Assembly (NCBI GenBank): GCA_036509865.1
Contig: DATCEW010000084.1
Location: 1 to 24,507, forward strand
DNA length: 24,507 bases
Source: Minisyncoccota bacterium
Lineage (GTDB): Bacteria > Patescibacteriota > Minisyncoccia > Phycocordibacterales > SBAW01
Reading direction: 5' to 3'
Shown: positions 1 to 6,688 of the stretch, piece after piece
Layout: every line of letters begins with the position of its first letter
Numbering within the stretch: the first letter of the stretch is position 1
Position numbers and translations under genes: made by a program
The notes under the pieces: model-generated
Database searches by the model: none
Told to the model about the DNA's origin: nothing
The model's input: the letters and a program-made list of their open reading frames with translations, nothing else

Positions 1-246
1 TGCGGCCTGGAACTTAGGCACGCGCATGGAGGGCACGTGCACCGCCTCGCCGGTGCGCGGGTTGCGTGCCGTGCGGGCAGCGCGCATTTTGGTTTTAAAA
101 ATGCCGAGCCCTGCTATAGAGACTTCCTCATTTTTCTTTAGCGCACCGACGATAGTAGCTATCATCGACTCAACTGCGCGCTCTGCATCAGCCTTAGTGC
201 CGCCGAGCACGCCTTGCACTTTTTCTGCGATATCTTGCTTGTTCAT
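1..246 (-). CDS. hup: DNA-binding protein HU (3' end runs off the window)
   Basis: Manual translation from ATG 246: MNKQDIAEKVQGVLGGTKADAERAVESMIATIVGALKKNEEVSIAGLGIFKTKMRAARTARNPRTGEAVHVPSMRVPKFQAA. It carries the HU/IHF signature G.G.F...R.AR..RNP.TGE...PKF. It is missing from the ORF track because there is no stop in the window. Confidence 0.95.
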   Translation of the reverse strand, partial: MNKQDIAEKVQGVLGGTKADAERAVESMIATIVGALKKNEEVSIAGLGIFKTKMRAARTARNPRTGEAVHVPSMRVPKFQAA

Positions 247-400
247 ATGAATTTAGTGACTTGATAATGTGGATAGCCCTGCGCCACTAGTATATAACTC
301 TCAAAAAACCGCGCAATAGAGCCATTATCAATAGAAAATAGCTAAAAAATACCCAAAAACTTTTATACATAAGCATTTTGTATGGTAAGCTCTTCTTTAT

Positions 401-982
401 ATGGCCAAAAAGCTAAAAAAGGTTGAAATCATTGGGGTTTCTGGGGTCCAAGGCAGTTTTTCCGAGGAAGCAGCACATGCATACATCACTAAAAATAAGC
501 TCAAAAGCCCAAAAATAGCCTATCTCGTAACTGTGGAGAATGTCCTTGCAGTCCTTGAGGATGGCCAAATTACCCTGGGCATCTTCCCAATCCAAAACTC
601 AACGATGGGTTTGGTAGCGGAAGCCGCGCATGCGATGGCAAAACACCGGTTTCATATCAAAAAAATATTTGAAATAATCATCCATCAAAATTTATTGGTA
701 AAAAAAGGAGTTGTGGCGGATAAAATAACAAAAATTGTATCGCAGGAGCCGGCACTCAAGCAGTGCACGATGTATTTGCGGCGCGTTTGGCCCAAAATTA
801 AAGTGGGGAACTATGCCGACACTGCCAAGGCCGCCGAAGACTTGGCCAAGGGCATCCTCCCGGTCTCGACGGCTGTTATTGCCTCTGTCGCCGCCGCAAG
901 ACTCTACAAACTCGATGTATTAGAGGAGTCTATCCAAGACCTCAAGTTTAATTACACTACCTTTATCGCTGCAACAAAGTAA
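401..982 (+). CDS. pheA: Stand-alone prephenate dehydratase catalytic domain (no ACT or chorismate mutase domain)
   Basis: PDT-like motifs GVQGSFSEEAA, IFPIQNSTMG, SQEPALKQC, TAKAA, IQD..FNYTTF. The ORF ends right after the N.T.F motif (193 aa). Confidence 0.85.
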   Translation: MAKKLKKVEIIGVSGVQGSFSEEAAHAYITKNKLKSPKIAYLVTVENVLAVLEDGQITLGIFPIQNSTMGLVAEAAHAMAKHRFHIKKIFEIIIHQNLLVKKGVVADKITKIVSQEPALKQCTMYLRRVWPKIKVGNYADTAKAAEDLAKGILPVSTAVIASVAAARLYKLDVLEESIQDLKFNYTTFIAATK

Positions 983-983
983 T

Positions 984-2513
984 CTAGCGCGCAAACTCTA
1001 TTGAGCGAGTCTCTCTTATCACGAGCACTTTGACTTCTCCTGGATATTTGAGGTCGCTTTCGATGCGGTTGGCTATGTTGCGGGCCAGCTCGCGGGATTG
1101 GAAGTCCGACATCGCCTCCGGCTTTACAAATACACGCACCTCGCGTCCGGCGGCAATGGCATACGACTTTTCCACACCGGCAAATGAGTTGGCTATCTCT
1201 TCGATATCAGCCAGGCGTTTAAGATAATTCTCTACGCTGTCGCGGCGCGCTCCCGGGCGGCCGCCCGATATAGCATCGGCAACTTGGACAATGACGCTTT
1301 CCGGCGTTTCGTACGGATACTCCTCGTGATGCGACTGCATCGCTTTGACCACCTCCTCGCTTACGCCAAATTTTTGCAATATTCTGCGGCCGATTTCCAC
1401 ATGAGTGCCTTGCACCTCGTGGTCGAGCGCTTTGCCGATGTCGTGGAGCAACGCTCCAGCGCGGGCAATCGCCGGGTTTGCGCCGACCTCCTCGGCTATC
1501 ATGCTGGCAAGGTGCGCCATCTCAACCGAGTGCTGCAGCACCGACTGACCGTAGCTGGTGCGGAAGTGCAGGCGGCCGAGTATCATGGTGAGCCTCGGGT
1601 CGAGGTTGAGCACGCCCGCCTCAAAGGCCGCTTGCTCGCCTTTTTCTTTAATTATTTTTTGTACGTCGTTTTTTGCCTTCTCCACCGTCTCTTCTATTTT
1701 TGCGGGCTGTATGCGGCCGTCGAGTATCAAATTTTCGAGGGCAATGCGGGCAATAGCGCGGCGCAGCGGGTCGTACGAGGAGAGTACGATAGAGCCTGGC
1801 GTGTCATCAATAATAACCTCGCAGCCGGTGGCGCGCTCAAAGGCTTTGATATTGCGGCCTTCTTTGCCGATGATCTTGCCCTTTATCTCATCGTTTGGGA
1901 TAGTCACGGCGGTGGCCATGGTGTCGGAAGCAACGGAGTTGCCAAGGCGGTGTATCGCGGTGGTGAGTATCTCTTTAGCGCGGCGCTCGAGCTTTTCCAT
2001 CCCGTCGCGCTCGAGCTTTTGCACACGCATCATGAGGTCGGAGTCACTCTCGCGCTCTACCTCGGCCAAAAGCTGCTCTTTTGCCTGGTCTTTGCTAAGG
2101 CCGGCCACTTCGGCGAGCGCCCCTGTGCGCTCCCCCACCAGCGCCTCGGCGCGCTCTTTGATATTTTTTACTTCTTCAATTTTATTTTTAACCGCGGCGA
2201 TTTCCTGGTCGAGCTCTCCTTGTTTTTTATCGAGCGCTTCCTCGCGCTTAAACACACGGTCCTCGGCGCGCGTTACCTTCTCCTCTTTTTCGGCGGCGGC
2301 GGCTTCGGCTATCGCTATCTTTTCGCGTGCGGCTGTCTCCGCCTCAGCGGTTATCTTTTCGGACTTTTCGCGCGCATCGAGCAGCATGCGCTTGACCTCT
2401 ACCTCGATAGAGTTGCGGCGCGCGCCTACCGACAACAAACGAAACACATACCCGATGACGGCTCCGAGCAACGCGGCAACACCGAGGAGTAAAAACAATA
2501 ATTTTAATGACAT
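984..2513 (-). CDS. rny: Ribonuclease Y
   Basis: N-terminal TM, coiled coil, KH domain (KGKIIGKEGRNI), HD domain (LLHDIGKA) and C-terminal YAIAAGREVRV...YPGEVKV..IRE.R. Confidence 0.97.
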   Translation of the reverse strand: MSLKLLFLLLGVAALLGAVIGYVFRLLSVGARRNSIEVEVKRMLLDAREKSEKITAEAETAAREKIAIAEAAAAEKEEKVTRAEDRVFKREEALDKKQGELDQEIAAVKNKIEEVKNIKERAEALVGERTGALAEVAGLSKDQAKEQLLAEVERESDSDLMMRVQKLERDGMEKLERRAKEILTTAIHRLGNSVASDTMATAVTIPNDEIKGKIIGKEGRNIKAFERATGCEVIIDDTPGSIVLSSYDPLRRAIARIALENLILDGRIQPAKIEETVEKAKNDVQKIIKEKGEQAAFEAGVLNLDPRLTMILGRLHFRTSYGQSVLQHSVEMAHLASMIAEEVGANPAIARAGALLHDIGKALDHEVQGTHVEIGRRILQKFGVSEEVVKAMQSHHEEYPYETPESVIVQVADAISGGRPGARRDSVENYLKRLADIEEIANSFAGVEKSYAIAAGREVRVFVKPEAMSDFQSRELARNIANRIESDLKYPGEVKVLVIRETRSIEFAR

Positions 2514-2524
2514 AGGCGATTTGG

Positions 2525-2667
2525 GTTCCCAAATCGCTAAGACAGCGTATTCATACGGCTCGCTTTAGATGAAGCGAGTTACTGTGAGGCAAATACTGCG
2601 AGTGTGGCGAGTCGTGCGGGTTTCACAGAGGGGTTCGTAAGATTAGAAGCTTGAGCGAGAGGGGAAC
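2525..2667 (-). ncRNA. Putative 6S RNA-like structured ncRNA upstream of rny (strand tentative)
   Basis: Long-range closing stem 2525-2530/2662-2667 plus 2534-2538/2654-2658, inner stem 2582-2587/2623-2628, side hairpin 2559-2565/2572-2578 and one unpaired bubble strand. 6S-rny adjacency is known in several phyla. It is shorter than canonical 6S, and some stems extend by G-U only on the + strand. Confidence 0.45.
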
Positions 2668-2744
2668 AATACTAAAATAAATATAAATAACTGCTAGAAG
2701 TACAATAAACGATAACAGAATCGAACTTCTATACGATACCAGAG

Positions 2745-2765
2745 AAAAGGCCGCCTTGCAACGGC
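2745..2765 (-). terminator. Intrinsic terminator after clpP
   Basis: Minus strand GCCGUU-GCAA-GGCGGC (GNRA loop, two G-U pairs) followed by CUUUU, about 30 nt past the clpP stop. Confidence 0.6.
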
Positions 2766-2794
2766 GCGTCTCTCAGAGAGACATAAATGTGCCC

Positions 2795-3442
2795 TTATTT
2801 TTTGAGGCTCGTAATCCCTTTTTGGGTAAAAATCTCATCCACAAGGCCGTACTTTTTAGCCTCTTCGGCGCTCATAAAATAGTCGCGCTCAACATCCTTC
2901 TCTATCTTTTTAAGATCTTGGCCGGTTGCCTTGGCAAGGATCTTGTTGAGCCTGTCGCGGGTGGCGATAATGTGCTTGGCGGTTATCTCAATGTCGGTGG
3001 CCTGCCCTTGCGCGCCGCCCCACGGCTGATGGATCATCACCTCGGCGTTGGGCAGTGCAAAGCGCTTGCCCTTTTGGCCTGCGGCTAAAATAATGGCCGC
3101 CGCCGATGCCGCAATGCCCACGCACACGGTGGCAACGTCGGGCTTGATGTGGTTCATGGTGTCGAGCATGGCAAGGCCGGCGGTCACCGAGCCGCCGGGG
3201 GAGTTTATATACAGCTGGATATCTTTTTTAGGATCCTCGCTCTCCAAAAAGAGCAGCTGGGCGATAATCAAGTTGGCGGTTTGGTCCTCGATAGGGCCGG
3301 TAAGGAAAATAATGCGCTCTTTAAGGAGGCGTGAGTAAATATCAAAAGCGCGCTCACCAAAAGGCGACTTTTCGATAACCATGGGCACGAGTTGGTCTTG
3401 AAATCCTCCGTTTGATTGATTTTTAGGGTTGTTATTCTGCAT
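2795..3442 (-). CDS. clpP: ATP-dependent Clp protease proteolytic subunit
   Basis: [29 protein letters not shown] (catalytic Ser), MIHQP (His), ERDYFM (Asp). Start moved to ATG 3442 because TGtTATGAT lies 6 nt upstream and the longer ORF overlaps the next gene. Confidence 0.97.
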   Translation of the reverse strand: MQNNNPKNQSNGGFQDQLVPMVIEKSPFGERAFDIYSRLLKERIIFLTGPIEDQTANLIIAQLLFLESEDPKKDIQLYINSPGGSVTAGLAMLDTMNHIKPDVATVCVGIAASAAAIILAAGQKGKRFALPNAEVMIHQPWGGAQGQATDIEITAKHIIATRDRLNKILAKATGQDLKKIEKDVERDYFMSAEEAKKYGLVDEIFTQKGITSLKK

Positions 3443-3480
3443 GTGTGCATCATAACAGATTTTTACATTCAGTAAATATA

Positions 3481-4299
3481 TTATTTCTTTTGAATAGTTT
3501 CTAAAATACGCTGATGATCCTGCTCTGCTGAACCCCACAGATAGTCAAAAACCATCTCAAATGTTTTTCGGATCGCAGGATTTTCGATTATGGTAGTGAT
3601 AATTGCATCCTCGTAAGCCGTGATGGCAACTTTGTTTGCATAAATAATAATCTGGGCGGGGACGGCAAGTTTTTCTCTCGGCACAATACGTCGCGTGACC
3701 AGCCTCTCACTATCGAATGCGATGATTTCCACCGGCGTTCCTTCCGCCAATGCTGTAATAGCCTGCGTTTGTATACCGAGTTTTTTCTGCTCCTCTATTT
3801 GTTTCTGTACCATACCGGCAAGTTGGGGGTGGCGATTATCCTCTGGCGACCGTATAAGCTTTATAGGTTGGCGTTCATTGAGAATATCCTCATACAGCTC
3901 TCCCACACCGGCGATCCCTTCGAGAATCCTTAAGCCCGGCGCTCCAGACTTGGTATTAAAATCGGAGATCAGCTTACCTAACACTCCTTCAACGGCATTT
4001 TTTGCGTCTTTTGCTTTCTCATACCGTTTATCTACCAGTTCTTTGAATTTAAACGGGTGTGCCGCCGTAAAGGTTGCAACATTGCCGGGGAGATCTTCTT
4101 TTTCAATAAGCCCCAGAACCTCGAGCTCCTGAAGCGCCTTATAGCCGAGTGTGCGAGGAACGTTGGCAAGCCTCGCGGCATGGCTAGCTGGCAGCTTTCC
4201 ATTCCTGACGATTGTCTCATATAGCTTAGCCTGATTGATATTTAGGCCGCCTTCTACAAGAGTCTGGTAATAAATAGGTTGGTTTTTTGTTTCATCCAT
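3481..4299 (-). CDS. TrmB-family transcriptional regulator (N-terminal wHTH plus C-terminal effector-like domain)
   Basis: [10 protein letters not shown]...A..A.VPRT..Y..L..L...GLIE is a TrmB-type HTH, and the C-terminal [10 protein letters not shown]...IIENP.I...F..VF..LW is typical of the family. Start at 4299 preferred over 4308 because TATAAT abuts 4308. Confidence 0.8.
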   Translation of the reverse strand: MDETKNQPIYYQTLVEGGLNINQAKLYETIVRNGKLPASHAARLANVPRTLGYKALQELEVLGLIEKEDLPGNVATFTAAHPFKFKELVDKRYEKAKDAKNAVEGVLGKLISDFNTKSGAPGLRILEGIAGVGELYEDILNERQPIKLIRSPEDNRHPQLAGMVQKQIEEQKKLGIQTQAITALAEGTPVEIIAFDSERLVTRRIVPREKLAVPAQIIIYANKVAITAYEDAIITTIIENPAIRKTFEMVFDYLWGSAEQDHQRILETIQKK

Positions 4300-4308
4300 A
4301 ATAGCCAT

Positions 4309-4336
4309 ATTATATAGGCACGTTTAGTTTTGTCAA
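4309..4336 (-). promoter_or_regulatory. Consensus sigma70 promoter of the TrmB-like gene
   Basis: Minus strand TTGACA (4336-4331), N16, TATAAT (4314-4309); ATG 4299 lies 9 nt downstream. Confidence 0.8.
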
Positions 4337-4417
4337 ACAACATTTACAGAAATACGTAGCAAAATAGCCATAAAATGCCTTATTTTAAGTAGTATTTGTC
4401 AAACTATGTTTTGTATG

Positions 4418-4445
4418 TTGACATTATATTTTATTGGCGTATACT
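4418..4445 (+). promoter_or_regulatory. Near-consensus sigma70 promoter driving the accessory island
   Basis: TTGACA (4418-4423), N16, TATACT (4440-4445); predicted TSS about 4451-4452. Confidence 0.8.
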
Positions 4446-4451
4446 TTTGTC

Positions 4452-4901
4452 ATATCCTTATTGCGAGTACCGGAGGGATGCCGGAAAAGAGGAAAGAGGA
4501 TGGTCTCTGACAACAGAATAGGTGATAAGGAAAAACGCAGAACAATCTGTGCTTCGGCGCAAACTGCATCGAGTTGGGTTAATAACAGTAACCCCGAGAA
4601 TGTGCGTCTCCTATGAATTCGAGCTCGGCTCGCATAGGAAGACAGACGCACCCTCAAAAACCGAGTAGAACCTCGGCCTGTAACCCTCATCGCAATGGTG
4701 AGGTGCGGAATGGAGCTCCGCGGGTGTGCGCAGCCCAAAGTTGCTGGTGGCGAGATGTGGCGTACGCGTCGCATCACAAAAGCCAAACCAGAACAGCTCC
4801 GTGTTTTCTCCCCGACCAGCTCTCTGCGATGCAGATTGAGCGGTCGGGGATTCTATTCAACTCGCGAACAAGCTTGCGACTGTGCAAGAATTCGTGAGTT
4901 G
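4452..4901 (+). ncRNA. Large structured RNA / 5' leader of unknown family
   Basis: About ten stems found by eye, e.g. 4455-4464/4522-4531, UUCG hairpin 4548-4561, 4602-4651, 4744-4791, 4809-4850, 4858-4901. G-U wobbles are consistently on the + strand. No convincing CDS. Confidence 0.6.
4856..4901 (+). repeat. Island hairpin element, copy A
   Basis: TTCAACTCGCGAA...TTCGTGAGTTG, 11-bp stem 4858-4868/4891-4901, followed by AAGGAG at 4910-4915. Confidence 0.8.
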
Positions 4902-4921
4902 TTCGAATCAAGGAGATGGTC

Positions 4922-5287
4922 ATGGAAAAAATCCTCAACCTGACGCAACACGCCGCCACTGCCGAGCAAATCGCGGCCGGTGTCGTCGAACCTGCTGACA
5001 AGATTGTGGTGCAAGCGCTTCTCACGTTTGAGGAGTTGCCCACCGCAGGCGAAATCAAAAGACGCGCGAGGTCGCTCTCCGAGTTTGCAGCTACGAGCGG
5101 CTGCAAGACCGCGATGATCGGCGGTGCACCGTTCTTTATGGGGCCACTTGAATATGCGCTTGCGACGGCGGGGATAAAAGCCCTCTATGCGTTCAGCAGA
5201 CGCGAAACCGTCGAGGAAAAACTCCCCGATGGTGGTGTGAAGAAGACGCAAGTCTTCCGCCATGCCGGGTTCGTGTCGACCTTTTAA
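4922..5287 (+). CDS. Small Csx20/CARF-like protein, putative cyclic-oligoadenylate ring nuclease or binder
   Basis: ILNLTQH.AT.EQ, AMIGGAPF, and C-terminal G...LYAFSRRE.VEE..PDG.VKK..VFRH.GF, which resembles the Csx20 pattern as recalled (VY.TT.R.S.E...DG...K.S.FKH..F). SD AAGGAG; start 4922 (alternative 4916). Confidence 0.5.
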   Translation: MEKILNLTQHAATAEQIAAGVVEPADKIVVQALLTFEELPTAGEIKRRARSLSEFAATSGCKTAMIGGAPFFMGPLEYALATAGIKALYAFSRRETVEEKLPDGGVKKTQVFRHAGFVSTF

Positions 5288-5301
5288 AACGACACATGGT
5301 T

Positions 5302-5330
5302 AGGGCGAGCCAAAAATCGCCCTCTTTCTT
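5302..5330 (+). terminator. Terminator-like hairpin after the Csx20-like ORF
   Basis: AGGGCGA (5302-5308)/TCGCCCT (5317-5323) followed by the interrupted tract CTTTCTT. Confidence 0.45.
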
Positions 5331-5354
5331 CAACTCGCAAATGGTTGTGAGTTG
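5329..5354 (+). repeat. Island hairpin element, copy B (minimal)
   Basis: TTCAACTCGCAA-ATGG-TTGTGAGTTG, 10-bp stem 5331-5340/5345-5354, then GGAG at 5366-5369. Confidence 0.8.
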
Positions 5355-5375
5355 ATTGAGATTTTGGAGATGCCC

Positions 5376-5573
5376 ATGATGAATAGGCCCGCAACTGCGC
5401 TGGAGCAACTCCGGCAGCGGCAAGGAACGCAAACTCTAAAACGGCTCATCTACAGATGCGTCGGCCGAGAAGAGATCGCGCTTGCCGCGCGACGCTACCG
5501 GAGGTATCTTCCCAAGCTCGATTTCAGTCGAGACGATTGGAAAGATCAGATCCAAAACTTGCCCGATTCATAA
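5376..5573 (+). CDS. Small basic hypothetical protein (65 aa)
   Basis: GGAG 6 nt upstream of ATG 5376; flanked by elements B and C; no recognisable motif. Confidence 0.6.
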   Translation: MMNRPATALEQLRQRQGTQTLKRLIYRCVGREEIALAARRYRRYLPKLDFSRDDWKDQIQNLPDS

Positions 5574-5585
5574 TCGGGCCTCTTA

Positions 5586-5633
5586 TTCAGCACATGATGC
5601 ATATTGGCGAATTGGTCGCCACACCGTGTGCTG
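5586..5633 (+). repeat. Island hairpin element, copy C
   Basis: TTCAGCACATG...CGTGTGCTG, 9-bp stem 5588-5596/5625-5633, inner TGGCGA/TCGCCA stem, then AGGAG at 5636-5640. Confidence 0.75.
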
Positions 5634-5648
5634 CTAGGAGTTCTTACC

Positions 5649-6089
5649 ATGGAACACGAACGCCTTGCAGGAAAACCCTTCGTGCTCATTGAAACAAATG
5701 AGGAAGGGGCCCTACGCGTCATTGATATCGGCGCACACATCGCCGAGAAGTACGGCGACAAAACGCTTGGTGCTCTCTATGAGTTCGCATCGCGCCGCCG
5801 GATCGCTTTTGCGAAAGCGAAAAAAGCGATCATCAAACGCCTCGGCCGTAAGCCTGTCATGGGCTCGGACGAGTGGGCAAGCTCGGAAGAACACCGGGTG
5901 TTGCAAGAGGTTCCTGCTCTCGGCCTTAGTGGCACGCACATAAAGCGGGCCGGCCCTTTGGACATGAAATTGTCCGAATGGGTCAAGGGGTGGCATGGCG
6001 GTTGCCTCGGCAAGTATGACCGCGAGGTCATCAAGGCTCTCGTCGCAACAACGGGTGACGAGACGGCCGCGCTTTTATTGTCGAGTTAG
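5649..6089 (+). CDS. Hypothetical protein (146 aa)
   Basis: AGGAG 8 nt upstream of ATG 5649 (MEHERLAGK...). The ORF-track start at 5604 falls inside hairpin C. Confidence 0.7.
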   Translation: MEHERLAGKPFVLIETNEEGALRVIDIGAHIAEKYGDKTLGALYEFASRRRIAFAKAKKAIIKRLGRKPVMGSDEWASSEEHRVLQEVPALGLSGTHIKRAGPLDMKLSEWVKGWHGGCLGKYDREVIKALVATTGDETAALLLSS

Positions 6090-6099
6090 TCTCGGCATT

Positions 6100-6135
6100 G
6101 GCGAACGCATGTAGTTTACTTCTACCGCGTTCGCC
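6100..6135 (+). terminator. Strong hairpin after the 146-aa ORF (no U tract)
   Basis: Perfect 9-bp GGCGAACGC (6100-6108)/GCGTTCGCC (6127-6135) with inner GTAG/CTAC. Confidence 0.4.
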
Positions 6136-6141
6136 CCCTCA

Positions 6142-6187
6142 TTCAGCACATCGTCCACGCTGCGATCGTCGCAAGCTGGTGTGTTGA
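6142..6187 (+). repeat. Island hairpin element, copy D
   Basis: TTCAGCACATC...GGTGTGTTGA, 10-bp stem 6143-6152/6178-6187, then AGGAG at 6189-6193. Confidence 0.75.
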
Positions 6188-6201
6188 TAGGAGAAGACCA
6201 A

Positions 6202-6390
6202 ATGACCGAACTCGAGATTATCTGCGAGATCACCAAGATCATTCGGATCCGTGATTCTCGGGTGTCTCTTGTGGATGGAATTGCGCGTGCAAAGCGCGTG
6301 ATCGAGTCCCCTGAGGAGCTCGGGCTCCTCTGCAAAGAGACGTTCGAGTTTATTCGCGAGATCGAACGCAGAAACCGCACCGGGCGGTAA
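6202..6390 (+). CDS. Small hypothetical protein (62 aa)
   Basis: AGGAG 8 nt upstream of ATG 6202 (MTELEIICEITK...). Confidence 0.6.
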   Translation: MTELEIICEITKIIRIRDSRVSLVDGIARAKRVIESPEELGLLCKETFEFIREIERRNRTGR

Positions 6391-6535
6391 ACTCGGGACA
6401 TTCTTTTGCGGTCCAAACGCAAGAGAGACGCCAATTCTTTTTGGCTTGAGCGGGGATCCGAAAGGGCGAGACCGCAAAAAAGATGGGACAATCTCTGCCC
6501 ATACCAAGTGAGATGTTGTTCTTTAGGAGGATGCA

Positions 6536-6688
6536 ATGAAAATCACTCTGCAAACCGTGCGGCCCATCAATGTGGCCGCCAAGGCTCTCGCACAGGGGCA
6601 GTTTCGCCCGCAAATTGTGCGAGACAAGAAAAAGTATTCCCGCAAGGGACGCCAATCCTCGATGCGAAAATTCGAGGACTCTATTTAG
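6536..6688 (+). CDS. ArfA-like (alternative ribosome-rescue factor-like) basic peptide, 50 aa; not in the ORF track
   Basis: AGGAGG 5 nt upstream. MKITLQTVRPINVAAKALAQGQFRPQIVRDKKKYSRKGRQSSMRKFEDSI resembles the ArfA core N....L....FR..V...KK...Y.RK but lacks the full KGKGS motif. Confidence 0.55.
   Translation: MKITLQTVRPINVAAKALAQGQFRPQIVRDKKKYSRKGRQSSMRKFEDSI

Noticed and set aside
26-250. 74-aa plus-strand ORF
   Set aside because: Antisense shadow of hup.
1030-2568. Long plus-strand ORFs (402 aa, 336 aa) opposite rny, and similar shadows opposite nusA, pgk, recJ and tig
   Set aside because: Antisense or alternate-frame shadows of well-supported genes with no protein motifs.
2768-2782. 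Short palindromes GTCTCTC-A-GAGAGAC (2768-2782) and TCAGA-GAC-TCTGA (about 23109-23121) as a repeat family
   Set aside because: They are short, only loosely similar and have two instances; compatible with chance or local operators.
3443-3538. N-terminal extension of ClpP in the ORF track
   Set aside because: It overlaps the TrmB-like gene, and an extended -10 sits 6 nt before ATG 3442.
4489-4499. RNase P RNA (GAGGAAAG match)
   Set aside because: It continues AGG rather than UCC, and no matching 3' conserved region or P4 pairing was found.
4640-4690. c-di-GMP-I (GEMM) riboswitch (GACGCA...CCTCGGCCTGTAACC)
   Set aside because: Superficial similarity only; it lacks GCAAA-P1-GAAA and the GACGCAAAG junction spacing.
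4898-4912. tRNA/tmRNA T-arm (TTG-TTCGAAT-CAA)
   Set aside because: Only a 3-bp stem; no acceptor stem, D arm, anticodon arm or CCA; it overlaps element A and the SD.
4434-4943. ORFs 4434-4616, 4613-4897, 4695-4943 and the minus-strand ORFs in the structured leader
   Set aside because: No properly spaced SD for the listed starts (4434 lies upstream of the predicted TSS), and unnatural composition. A 38-aa peptide from ATG 4500 cannot be excluded but is unsupported.
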